Assembly (NCBI GenBank): GCA_963755915.1
Contig: CAVWLP010000003.1
Coordinates: 192,001 to 256,000 of the forward strand
Direction of reading: 5' to 3'
Source: an uncultured Phycisphaerales bacterium
GTDB lineage: Bacteria; Planctomycetota; Phycisphaerae; Tepidisphaerales; Tepidisphaeraceae
Length of the DNA: 64,000 nucleotides
Part shown: positions 52,934 through 62,915 of the stretch, in pieces
How positions within the stretch are numbered: position 1 is the stretch's first letter
Layout of the letters: each line of letters opens with the position of its first letter
Made by a program: the position numbers and the translations under genes
Notes under the pieces: generated by a model
What the model was told of the DNA's origin: nothing
Database searches by the model: none
What the model saw: only the letters and a program-made list of their open reading frames with translations

Positions 52934-54385
52934 ATGACCGACATCAATTCGCAACTGGCCGATCACGCCCGCGCCATCAACTTCATCTGGACGCTGGTTG
53001 CCGGTTTTTTAGTCATGTTCATGCAGGCCGGCTTCGCCCTGATCGAAACCGGCATGTGCCGCGCCAAAAACGCCGCGCACACCATGAGCATGAACCTCCT
53101 CGTCTACTGCCTCTCCATGATGGGATTCTTCGTCTGCGGCTTCGCCCTGATGATGGGCGGCGTTAACGGTTCTCCCGCCGGTTCCGGTGCACCACTGATC
53201 GGCGGCCCCAAATCCCTCGGCCTCTACGGCGGAAGCACCCTCAGCCACATGATCTACCTCCCCATCGCCGGCAAAAGCTGGGGACTCATCGGCGCCAGCG
53301 GCTTTTTCCTCAGCGGCCACTCCATCACTCCCGCCTCCCTCGTCCTCTTCTTCTACATGATGGTTTTCATGGACACCACCGCCACCATCCCCACCGGCGC
53401 ACTGGCCGAACGCTGGAGCTTCAAGAGCTTCACCATCTTCAGCGTCTGCGTCGGCGCCTTCATCTACAGCTTCTACGGCTGCTGGATGTGGGGCGGTGGC
53501 TGGCTTGCCGAACTGGGGGTCAACGCCGGCCTCGGTCACGGCGCCGTCGATTACGCGGGTTCTTCCGTCGTCCATCTCCAGGGCGGATCACTCGCTTTCA
53601 TCATGACCTACATGATCGGCGCTCGCATCGGAAAATATGATGAGATGGGAAACCCCCGCCCGATCTTCGGCCATCACATGCCAATGGTCATGTTCGGAAC
53701 CCTTCTTCTGGCCTTCGGATGGTTTGGATTCAACTCCGGCTCCGGCCTCTCGGGCATCAGCGACCGCATCGGTCTCATTGCCGTCAACACCATGCTCTCC
53801 TCCGGCTCCGCCACCGTCGCCGCCTGTTTCGCCATGTGGCGAATCTACGGCAAGCCCGACCCTTCCATGATGTGCAACGGAATGCTCGGCGGGCTCGTCG
53901 CCATCACTGCGTCGTGCGCCTTCGTCTCCCCCTTCGCCGCATTCTTCATAGGAATCATCGCCGGTCTTATCGTCGTCTGGAGCGTCCTGTTCCTCGAACG
54001 CAAAGGCATCGACGACCCCGTCGGCGCCATCAGCGTTCATGGCATCGCAGGAATCTGGGGAATCCTTTCCGTCGGAATCTTCGCCAACGGCACCTACGGC
54101 GACGGCGTTAACAACGTCTCCGGAAACGTCGTCGGAATCCTTTACGGCGATCATTCCCCCAAACAGCTCCTCGCCCAAACCATCGCCGCCGTCACCTGCG
54201 TCGCCTGGAACATCATCGTCGGCGGCCTGGTCTTCCGCGCCATCGGCAAATGGATCGGCTCCAACCGCGTGCGCCCGGAAGTTGAAGTCGCCGGTCTCGA
54301 TATCCCCGAAATGGGCGCCCCCGGCTACACGGAATTCATCACCCACATCTCCCAGGAACAAATCGGCGCCTCGGAAATTCCCTGA
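52934..54385 (+). CDS. amtB: Ammonium transporter
   Basis: FMQAGFAL.E.G..R.KN, DYAGSSVVH, GWFGFN, NG.LGGLVAITA, DDPVGAISVHG (both pore His present). Confidence 0.95.
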   Translation: MTDINSQLADHARAINFIWTLVAGFLVMFMQAGFALIETGMCRAKNAAHTMSMNLLVYCLSMMGFFVCGFALMMGGVNGSPAGSGAPLIGGPKSLGLYGGSTLSHMIYLPIAGKSWGLIGASGFFLSGHSITPASLVLFFYMMVFMDTTATIPTGALAERWSFKSFTIFSVCVGAFIYSFYGCWMWGGGWLAELGVNAGLGHGAVDYAGSSVVHLQGGSLAFIMTYMIGARIGKYDEMGNPRPIFGHHMPMVMFGTLLLAFGWFGFNSGSGLSGISDRIGLIAVNTMLSSGSATVAACFAMWRIYGKPDPSMMCNGMLGGLVAITASCAFVSPFAAFFIGIIAGLIVVWSVLFLERKGIDDPVGAISVHGIAGIWGILSVGIFANGTYGDGVNNVSGNVVGILYGDHSPKQLLAQTIAAVTCVAWNIIVGGLVFRAIGKWIGSNRVRPEVEVAGLDIPEMGAPGYTEFITHISQEQIGASEIP

Positions 54386-54431
54386 GGTTGACCGATCCGC
54401 CCCACCGTCTAAAATCCCGTAGACGAAAATC

Positions 54432-54504
54432 GGCAGCGTAGCTCAGTTGGTAGAGCGCGGGATTCATAAGCCCAAGGTCCCCGGTTCGAGTCCGGGCGCT
54501 GCTA
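54432..54504 (+). tRNA. tRNA with CAT anticodon (probably elongator Met; Ile2 not excluded)
   Basis: GGCAGCGTAGCTCAGTTGGTAGAGCGCGGGATTCATAAGCCCAAGGTCCCCGGTTCGAGTCCGGGCGCTGCTA; acceptor, D and T arms pair. The anticodon stem has two mismatches. Confidence 0.88.
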
Positions 54505-54897
54505 TTGAGAATTTCGCGGAAATTCGGCAGTTTCGCCTCACCGCGTGTTATGCCTGATGTGCCTTCGACACAGGTTTCGACACAGGAGGTGGCCGATGTC
54601 CGCCACGCCAACCTTTCCCAGATTGCCATATTCAGGATTCCCCCTGCGGCCTCATCGAAATGGTCAAGCGGTGTGCTCATCATAGCAGCATCTGCCACGT
54701 GTGGCAGAAGTTGGCAAAACGCTGACGCGACTAAGGTGGCGGTCGCAATCCGAAAGCCACCGTTAAATCTCTTTCACGAAAGGAGGCTCCAATGAGAGCT
54801 TCAAGCAGTATCGTTTCCGGTTCTTTCTGCGGTGCGGATATCGAACCCGGAACTTTTCATTTTTTTGCGACTTCGGGCCCTTGCCTAGCATCTGGTC

Positions 54898-55389
54898 TCA
54901 ATGCAGACCGGACGGTGCGGCTCGATGGACGAGATGACGGTTCCGACGGGCGTGCCGTTCCACGAGGTTGCGATAAATGCAGTTTTCCATGACCGGCGAA
55001 ATCTGGTTTGGAGAATCAATGACGATGAATTCAAACGGACGGGTTAAAGAGAAAAGCAGTCGGGAAAGAATTGTCTGATAGCCTTCCACCTCGGTGATTT
55101 GCCGCCCCAAATCCTCCAGACCCTGGCTGGATGGGATGAATGACAAGTTTTCAAACTTGGTCGTCTGAATCACCGAATCGAGCGTCGCCCTGCCTTCCAT
55201 CGCAGCCACAAGCGTTCCCTCGGAAGATAGGCCATCGCCGGCGCCGAGCCACTGCGTTACCTGGGCCTGGGGATCCATGTCGATGAGAAGCGTGGGCAGG
55301 CCGCGAATCGCTAGCCCCGACGCGAGGCTCATGGCGATCGTACTCTTGCCGCAGCCCCCCTTTGCGTTGATGACGGTGATGATATTCAT
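54898..55389 (-). pseudogene. ParA/Soj-family ATPase, C-terminally truncated
   Basis: KGGCGKST, IDMDPQ, IVIDSP; sequence stops resembling ParA after about residue 140. Confidence 0.75.
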
Positions 55390-56417
55390 GATGACAGTGA
55401 ATCGTCTAGGCGGCGCTCGATGTCCCGTACAGCGGCTTGAAGGTTTGTACGAAGTGGATTGTCGTCTTCTCGGCTTTGGGGGACGGCATTTCGAATCTCA
55501 GGCCGTGCCCAATCCTCCTCAATCGCCCGGCGAAGCATTCCCAGACGATTCTTCCTCACCTTCCGCCGATCAATCCAGTCAATTTGACGCGCGATGCAAT
55601 GAAATGGAAACTGGCTGGCCATCAGCTCTGCTGCCGCGTCGTCGAAACCAGCGTCTTTGAGCTTTTCAAAGGAAGCAGCAGCTTCGGGTGATAGCTCCTG
55701 TTGTTTAAGAGTGTTATTTAATTCTGTTATTTCAAGATCGGTACGATTTTCTAACTGTTCCCCCGGTACGTTTTTCAAACCGTTCCCGGTACGATTTTCT
55801 AACCGTTTTTCGGGTTCATTTTCTTCCGGTACGGTTTTCCAACTGTGCGTGAAATCCGCCTTGCCGTAGAGCCATTTAATCGCATAGACCGCCGCCGTGC
55901 TTGTGATGCCAGCATTGCGATCAAACTTGCCCGGCTCCACGATCCGGATGTAATTGGAATCCAGGGCACGGTGGATGGCGGCGCTAATGGTGTTTCGATT
56001 GCCGATGCGGGAATAGTTCTGAATATGCTGGTAGGAAAGCGCTACCTTTTGCAGGCGATGCCCCCATTTGTTCTGAAAGCCGATCGAAAAACGAATGATC
56101 GATCCCACCACCTTGACCACAGCCAGGTTTTCGTTCGGAACGACGACATCGAAGAATTGGTTGGGGATATACGTCCGATTGCCCTCGCCGGCGAAGAAGC
56201 CACGGAATTTCCTGGGGTCTTTGATGTATTGCGGGCGCTGGTCCCACTTCAATTCGTACATCCCTGATACCGTTTCCTGACCACGCCGCTGTTGTCGTGG
56301 CTCCCGAACACATTCAACAAAATGGCCTTTTATGGCCTCCTCCAGCGCCGGACGGATCATGTTCCGGCTGATGCCAGCGTCCTCAAAATCGTCGTAGGTG
56401 GCCAAGTGGCGCACCAC
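55386..56417 (-). CDS. Putative replication-initiator (winged-helix) protein, probably N-terminally truncated
   Basis: Duplicated wHTH-like units (YIPNQFFD.V, LSY..I), internal iteron-like repeats and an AT-rich tract, coupled to parA. Confidence 0.6.
   Translation of the reverse strand: MVRHLATYDDFEDAGISRNMIRPALEEAIKGHFVECVREPRQQRRGQETVSGMYELKWDQRPQYIKDPRKFRGFFAGEGNRTYIPNQFFDVVVPNENLAVVKVVGSIIRFSIGFQNKWGHRLQKVALSYQHIQNYSRIGNRNTISAAIHRALDSNYIRIVEPGKFDRNAGITSTAAVYAIKWLYGKADFTHSWKTVPEENEPEKRLENRTGNGLKNVPGEQLENRTDLEITELNNTLKQQELSPEAAASFEKLKDAGFDDAAAELMASQFPFHCIARQIDWIDRRKVRKNRLGMLRRAIEEDWARPEIRNAVPQSREDDNPLRTNLQAAVRDIERRLDDSLSS
55739..55845. repeat. Four iteron-like direct repeats CGGTACGNTTTTYYAA
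   Basis: Copies start at 55739, 55764, 55787 and 55827; AT-rich segment at about 55700-55738. Confidence 0.75.
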
Positions 56418-56419
56418 CT

Positions 56420-56620
56420 GAGGATTCCCCGCGTCGTCGTAGACATAAGCAGCATCGGTTGTCCCGTTGACGGCATATCCGTGGTGCTGTCGGCGAGAGT
56501 ATTGACCATCAGCGACAACAGAATCCGTTGTTCCAAGGCTTCAATTACGGCTTTTGCAATCGCTGATCGCCGATGCTGAATCCTTCGCCTTCGAAAGAGC
56601 CTGCCAGTGATCGACTTCAA
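56420..56620 (-). pseudogene. N-terminal remnant of a Planctomycete LEPRxLL-type extracellular protein
   Basis: RRR...IEALEQRILLSLMVNTLADS followed by loss of the frame. Confidence 0.55.
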
Positions 56621-57087
56621 TCGCCCCAGACCGAGAGAGCGCCAGCCATAAACTGCCTCCTTCCCCGATTTTTCCCTTTTTACAACGCCGCAAAGGGTAT
56701 ACCTAGCCCCAGATCCGCCCGTACAAAACTGATATGAACAACAGACTGCGGCGGTAGAATAACGTGTGATTCTTACGTTTGCAACGCTATTATCTGTGGT
56801 AAAAAATTTGTCGCAACAGTAAGATACTACGTTTGAGCACAGAAAATATCCGCAATGTCACCACGAGATTGAATGTTGCGCTAACCGACCGAAACGGAGC
56901 ACCATAATATGTTTGAACGTGGTCTTATTTGAGGGGGAGGGAAGACGACCATTGTCGCATTGACCTTCCCCACGTTCGGTGGGCGCTGCTATTCAAAATT
57001 TGGCGCGAATTCGGCTTTCTGCGCCTCGCTGCGTGTATATTCTCGCCGACGCGATCTGGCGGCCCGTGGAAAATGTGATCGGCGCCC

Positions 57088-59105
57088 CTACTTCTTGCTG
57101 GCGTATTCACCGCCCAGCGCCTCAAACAGTGTTTCCAGATGTTTCTCGTAATGCTTCCAGCGCCCGACTGATTTCTGATAGATCGGTTTGCGCACCTGCC
57201 GGATGCTGGCGGTAAGCACCGCCGTCTCGGCGCGGTAAAACTCAAGGCAAGCCGGTTCCCATGGCAAACCCAGGAACTCAATGAGCCGCCGGCTTTGACC
57301 CTCCAGGTCGTTCACAAGGGTTTCGTAATGCATCTCCATCATCGCGACGGGCCCCACGCTCAGCCAATACGCTGCCAGGCGGTCCGTCTCGACATGCCGG
57401 CGGCCGCTATCGCGCAGGTCCAGTGAAAAAGATAGCCCTTGCGCGAACCGCTGGAAAAAGCAAGAGAGACAGGTGTCGCGCGCATCGCGCCGGCAGAAGA
57501 TCACTCGCGCACGCGGAAACAGCGTCGCGATCTGCCCGACCCGGATCACGTTGCCGGGCATCTTGTCGACAATCCGCGCCGCCTTGGGGCCGAGCGCCTG
57601 AAGGCGCTTCAGATAAATCTGCGCGACCTTCTTCACTTTCGACGCATCCCAGTGCGCCGTTGACAGTTTCTCGCTGTCCCCCCGAATTCGGTTTCGATCT
57701 GCCGTAACAGGTTTAATTCCCCCGCTCCGTGAACTTGCGAATGACTCGCGGCAATCTGATGCACCAACGTCGTTCCTGAACGCGGCATCCCTACGATAAA
57801 TACCGGGACGTCGGACGGATCGCCCCATTCCCGGCGGTGCGAAATAACTCGGCGTGAATGTGCTGATGATCCGATCGACCGATTCACGAAATCGCGCATG
57901 ATCGTACGATTCCCCCGCCAACTCCCGCTGCCGTTTCACCAGGACATTCGCCTCGGCCATGTGCGCGAATGCCTCATCATATCTGCCGGCTTCGTCCAGA
58001 ATTCTCGCCAACCCCGACTCGACGTAAATTCGCTCTTCCGCGGTAAGGTTCGGGCGGGTGCCCATTTCCGTGAGACGGGCGAGTTCCGCCTCGTCGCTCT
58101 CGTTTTCCGGCACCCCCCGGCGGAGCGAGAAAGCAACGCGACCCGACCCTGGATTTCCTGCTGCTTCTTGTTGCACTGATCTGCCTCTTCGAGTCTTCCC
58201 ATCGACTCCAGCGCACGCCAGGGATCCCCAGGCGGTTGGGCTATTGGGATCTGCCTGGACCGCGCCGAAAGCTGAGTTCCGCCTGCCGGGGATCCTGCTG
58301 ATGATATTGGATTAGTCCCAGCGCCTCGTGCGTGAGGGGCGAATCGGGCGCCAGCGCCGCGGCATCGCGCCAGCTCTGTATGGCCGCATCAAATAGCTGA
58401 AGTTGAGCCAGGGCGGCCGCCAGGCGAACGTGCGCCAAAAGCATTTTCTGATCGGCCTGGAGCGCCATTCGATACCACTTGGCGGCGTCCTGGAAGCTCG
58501 AAATCGTTTGATGACATTCACCGAGATTGAAGCAAACGACGGCAAACTCGCCGGCTACACTATTGGGGAGGTGATCAGTTCTAACCTGCGTAACACTGAT
58601 CCCGCCGGCAACGATCGCGCGACGGTAAGCGGCGATCGCGTCGTCGATTCTGCCTTGTGCTCGCAGGGCATTTCCCAGGTTATTGAAGCTCGCGACTGAA
58701 CGTGGGTTAACCTCAACGGCCCGATTGTTGATCTTGATCGCTTCCTCGTATTCCCCGGCATCGCAGAGACATTTTCCCAGGTTCAGCAGAGACTCGAAAA
58801 GCCTGGGGTTTAGCGAGATGGATTTGCGCCAGGCCTGGATGGCATCGGCTTCCTTGCCCACGGCCTGGAGAGCGCGGCCGAGGGTGTTGTATAAATCCGC
58901 GATGTCAGGTCTCAGGGCAATGGCTTTTTGGATATAGGGCAGCGCAAGGGGAGGCGCTGGCCTGCTGAAGGTAGGCGATGGCGAGAAGGTTGAGGGCGTC
59001 GGCGTTGGTTGGGTCAGATTCGAGGAGCTTGAGGTAAATGGGGATGGCGTCGGCAGGCTTGCCGGATTGGTGGAGGGCGAAGGCTTGCTGAAGCAAATGT
59101 CGCAT
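57088..59105 (-). CDS. TPR plus sulfotransferase-domain protein; multiple frameshifts
   Basis: TPRs; PVFIVGMPRSGTTL (PAPS loop), DKMPGN, RDARDTCLSC, YE.LV, TAS..QVR.PIY..SVGRW. Confidence 0.87.
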
Positions 59106-59225
59106 AGAGTGGATTTTAGGGCATTCAAAAAGTTCGAATAGGACTGAGCCCTTTTAGGATTTTTGAGCATTATTCATTCGGCAATGGCGACCGAAATTGA
59201 TATAATACCAGACCTTGGAGATTAA

Positions 59226-60251
59226 ATGGTAATTAGAGAATTAGTAAAATTTAGATATATCTCCGTGTTGGTAGGGATGGTTCTCCTTGTCAGTTGCAGC
59301 AAGCAGAACAGCTCTCAAACCAGTTCTGCGGGCGGTGAGGAGAAGATCAAGATCGGGTTTATCGTCAAGCAGCCCGAGGAGCCGTGGTTTCAGCTTGAAT
59401 GGAGATTTGCGCAGGACGCAGCGGATAAGGATGGATTTGAGCTCGTTAAGATCGCGGCTCCCGATGGCGAAAAAGCGCTGGGCGCCATCGACAATCTCGC
59501 AGCCAGCGGCGCACAGGGGTTCGTGATCTGCACGCCCGACGTCAAGCTCGGCCCGGCGATTGTCGCGAAAGCTCAGAGCGACGACCTGAAAGTAATCGCG
59601 GTAGACGACCAGTTTATTGGCGGAGACGGAAAACCAATGACCGATGTGCCGTACCTGGGCATCGCGGCGCCAAAGATTGGCGAATCGGTGGGTCAGGCAC
59701 TGATGGACGAATTCAAAAAGCATAACTGGTCCCAAGATGACACCGCTGTCTGCGTCATCACGTTTGACGAGTTAGACACGGCCCGTGAACGCACCGAAGG
59801 GGCAATTGAAGCGATCGAAGCCGCGGGGTTTCCTGACAGCCGGATATTCAAAGCCCCGCAAAAAACCAGCGATGTGCCTGGCGATTTTGACGCGGCTAAC
59901 ATCCTGCTGACGCAGCATCCCGAGACCAAGCGATGGCTGATCTGCGGGATGAATGACAGCGCGGTGCTGGGCGCGGTGCGAGCCACCGAGGGCCGCGGGT
60001 TCAACGCCGACAACGTCATAGGCATCGGCATCGACGGCACAGACTGTATCGCTGAATTCGAAAAGCCCGCAAGGACCGGCTTCTACGCGTCGGCATTGCT
60101 TCAGGCCAAACTGCACGGCTATCAGACCGCCGACATGATGTTTAACTGGATCAAGAACGGCACCGAGCCGCCCAAGGACACGCGAACGATCGGCGTTCTG
60201 ATCGATCGCGACAATTTCCAGCAGGTGCTCAAAGACCAGGGAATTCGGTGA
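59226..60251 (+). CDS. araF: L-arabinose ABC transporter substrate-binding lipoprotein
   Basis: GFIVKQPEEPWFQ.EW.FA, ICTPDVKLGPAI, AVDD, GMNDSAVLGAVRATEGRGF. Confidence 0.92.
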   Translation: MVIRELVKFRYISVLVGMVLLVSCSKQNSSQTSSAGGEEKIKIGFIVKQPEEPWFQLEWRFAQDAADKDGFELVKIAAPDGEKALGAIDNLAASGAQGFVICTPDVKLGPAIVAKAQSDDLKVIAVDDQFIGGDGKPMTDVPYLGIAAPKIGESVGQALMDEFKKHNWSQDDTAVCVITFDELDTARERTEGAIEAIEAAGFPDSRIFKAPQKTSDVPGDFDAANILLTQHPETKRWLICGMNDSAVLGAVRATEGRGFNADNVIGIGIDGTDCIAEFEKPARTGFYASALLQAKLHGYQTADMMFNWIKNGTEPPKDTRTIGVLIDRDNFQQVLKDQGIR

Positions 60252-61834
60252 CGTCACAAGCAGCAACAGCATCTGTTTTTGATGACCGGGGCTCTTTCGG
60301 CGGCGCTGCGCTGGAATTCTGCGCCGTCACCAAAACGTATCCGGGCGTGCGCGCGCTTCAGGACGTGAGCTTTGCCGTCCGCCCCGGCAGCGTACACGCG
60401 CTGCTCGGCGAAAACGGCGCCGGCAAGAGCACGCTGCTGAAAACGCTCAGCGGCGCTCAGCTGCCGAGCGGTGGCCACCTTCGCATCGATGGCCGGGACG
60501 TGCTTTTCCACAATACTGCCGATGCCATCGCCGCCGGGGTTGCCGTGATCTACCAGGAGTTGCACCTCGTACCGCAACTGAGTGTCGCGGAGAATCTGTT
60601 CCTGGGTCATCTGCCTGCGCACGGCGGGATCGCCGATCGACGGACTTTACGCGACCAAACGATCCAGCAGCTCCGCCGATTTGGCGAGGAGATCGACCCG
60701 CGCACGCTGGTGGCACGTCTCTCCATTGGCCAGCGGCAGATGATCGAAATCGCCAAGGCTCTTTCGCGCAGCGCACGGATGATCGCATTTGATGAGCCCA
60801 CGAGTTCGTTGTCGGCGCGGGAGATTGAAAAGCTGTTCGAGGTAATCAAGCAGCTCAAGGAGCAGAACTGCGCGATTCTATACGTGACGCATCGCATGGA
60901 AGAGGTTTTCCGCATTTGCGACGCCGGCACGGTGCTGCGCGATGGCCGCCATGTCGTGACCTGGGATCCGATGCGCAACGTAAGCCAGCATGACGTCGTG
61001 AAGGCAATGGTCGGACGGGAGCTGAAGGACATTTATAATTACCGGTCCAGGCCGCAGCGCACGGATGTTCCGCCGGCGATTGAGGTAAACGATCTGCATG
61101 GACCGGGCGTGAGCTCGCCGGTCAGCTTCAGTGTCCGGCGCGGCGAAATCCTGGGTGTTTTTGGCCTGGTGGGCGCGGGGCGAAGCGAGTTGATGAAGCT
61201 GATCTTCGGAGCTGAACGCCGGCGGCAAGGGTCGATTCTCGTCGATGGCCGCGAGCTGCAAATCGACGGGCCGGCAGATGCGATCCGCGCCGGGATCGTT
61301 CTTTGTCCGGAGGATCGCAAAAAAGAGGGCATCGTTCCTATCGGGTCGATCATGGAAAACATCAATTTCAGCGCCCGGCGGAACCATGTGGCCCTGGGCC
61401 TGGTTATCCGTAACCGCTGGGAACGGGAAAACGCTTCGCAGAAGATCAAGCAGCTCAGCATCAAAACGCCCAGCCTGACGCAGCTGATCCGAAACCTCTC
61501 TGGCGGTAACCAGCAGAAGGTGATTTTGGCCCGCTGGCTCAGCGAGCAAGTGAAAGTCATTCTCCTCGACGAGCCCACGCGCGGCATCGATGTTGGGGCC
61601 AAGAGCGAGATTTACTCCATTATCTATCGGCTGGCGGAACAAGGAGTGGGCGTGGTCGTGGTCTCCAGCGATCTGCCCGAAGTGCTGGGCGTGGCCGATC
61701 GGATCATGGTGATGAGAAAAGGACAAGTCGTGGAGGTGCTGGATCGCGCTTCGGCAACACCGGAAAAAATATTGGCCTTGGCCCTGCCGATGAGTAATGA
61801 AACAACAAGCCATGAACCTGAGGGAAACGCATGA
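60248..61834 (+). CDS. araG: L-arabinose ABC transporter ATP-binding protein
   Basis: GENGAGKST, FDEPTSSLS, CPEDRK, LSGGNQQK, DEPTRGIDVGAK. Confidence 0.92.
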   Translation: MTSQAATASVFDDRGSFGGAALEFCAVTKTYPGVRALQDVSFAVRPGSVHALLGENGAGKSTLLKTLSGAQLPSGGHLRIDGRDVLFHNTADAIAAGVAVIYQELHLVPQLSVAENLFLGHLPAHGGIADRRTLRDQTIQQLRRFGEEIDPRTLVARLSIGQRQMIEIAKALSRSARMIAFDEPTSSLSAREIEKLFEVIKQLKEQNCAILYVTHRMEEVFRICDAGTVLRDGRHVVTWDPMRNVSQHDVVKAMVGRELKDIYNYRSRPQRTDVPPAIEVNDLHGPGVSSPVSFSVRRGEILGVFGLVGAGRSELMKLIFGAERRRQGSILVDGRELQIDGPADAIRAGIVLCPEDRKKEGIVPIGSIMENINFSARRNHVALGLVIRNRWERENASQKIKQLSIKTPSLTQLIRNLSGGNQQKVILARWLSEQVKVILLDEPTRGIDVGAKSEIYSIIYRLAEQGVGVVVVSSDLPEVLGVADRIMVMRKGQVVEVLDRASATPEKILALALPMSNETTSHEPEGNA

Positions 61835-62892
61835 GCCAGGATCTTCTCACAACCAATCGCCCCGAGCCAGCGACCGCTGGCGCTTCGCCCGCCCCTGCTC
61901 CGCCATGGATTCGCAGTCAGCTCGGCAACTGGCTCGAGCAGGCCGGCATGCTGGCCATTCTGGCGGTGCTTGTCATCGTTTGCTCGCTCACCGTGAACGA
62001 CTTTTTCACGCTGCGAAACCTCGATTCGCTGCTGCTGGCGGTTTCCACCGTCGGAATGATCTCCTGCACGATGCTTTTCTGCCTGGCGTCGGGAAACTTC
62101 GATCTGTCAGTGGGCACAATCGTTCCATGCGCCGGCGTTGTGGCGGCGGTGATGATCAACAAATCCGACAGCATTCTCATTGGCATCGTCGCCGGACTCG
62201 GATTTGGCGCGCTCGTCGGCTTGGTCAACGGCGTCGTCGTCGCCAAATGCAAGATCAACGCACTGATCACCACCCTGGCGACGTATCAGATCGTAAAAGG
62301 ACTGGCGTTCATCTTCTCGGGCGGAAAATCGGTCGGCATCACGCGGCAAGCTTTCTTCACCCTGGGCAACGCCGCATGGCCGGTGGTGCGCGACGTTCAT
62401 CATCGTCTGATTTTTCAACTCACCACCCCAGTTTGGATCTGCATCGGCTGTTTTCTGTTTTTCGGCTTTCTTCTTCAGCGTACAACCTTTGGCCGAAATA
62501 CCCTTGCCATTGGCGGCAACGAAGAAGCAGCGCGGCTGGCCGGCATTGGCGTCGCGCGCATTAAGATTCTCATCTTCGTCATGCAGGGGATCGTCGCCGC
62601 AATGGCGGGAATTGTGCTGGCCAGCCGGATGACCAGCGGCCAGCCTAAAAGTTCCGACGGACTTGAGCTTCAGGTCATCAGCGCCTGTGTGCTGGGCGGT
62701 GTATCGCTGACCGGCGGTATTGGACGCATGAGCTTTGTCATTGCCGGCGTTTTCATCATGGGCGTGGTGCAGAACGCGATGAACCTTGAAAATGTCGATC
62801 CGTTTTATCAATACGTCGTCAGCGGAACGATCCTTCTACTGGCAGTGTTATTTGATCGCCTTAAGCAGATGCGCAGCGGCACGGCGATTTGA
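61831..62892 (+). CDS. araH: L-arabinose ABC transporter permease
   Basis: CTMLFCLASG.FDLSV, FGRNTLAIGGNEEAARLAG, SRMTSGQP, VISACVLGGVSL. Confidence 0.92.
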   Translation: MSQDLLTTNRPEPATAGASPAPAPPWIRSQLGNWLEQAGMLAILAVLVIVCSLTVNDFFTLRNLDSLLLAVSTVGMISCTMLFCLASGNFDLSVGTIVPCAGVVAAVMINKSDSILIGIVAGLGFGALVGLVNGVVVAKCKINALITTLATYQIVKGLAFIFSGGKSVGITRQAFFTLGNAAWPVVRDVHHRLIFQLTTPVWICIGCFLFFGFLLQRTTFGRNTLAIGGNEEAARLAGIGVARIKILIFVMQGIVAAMAGIVLASRMTSGQPKSSDGLELQVISACVLGGVSLTGGIGRMSFVIAGVFIMGVVQNAMNLENVDPFYQYVVSGTILLLAVLFDRLKQMRSGTAI

Positions 62893-62915
62893 GGGCCCAT
62901 CAAACGGGAGTTCAG

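Noticed and set aside
33669-54504. Functional linkage of tilS with the tRNA(CAT)
   Set aside because: They are 20 kb apart, and the acceptor stem (GGC start, A73) looks more like elongator Met.
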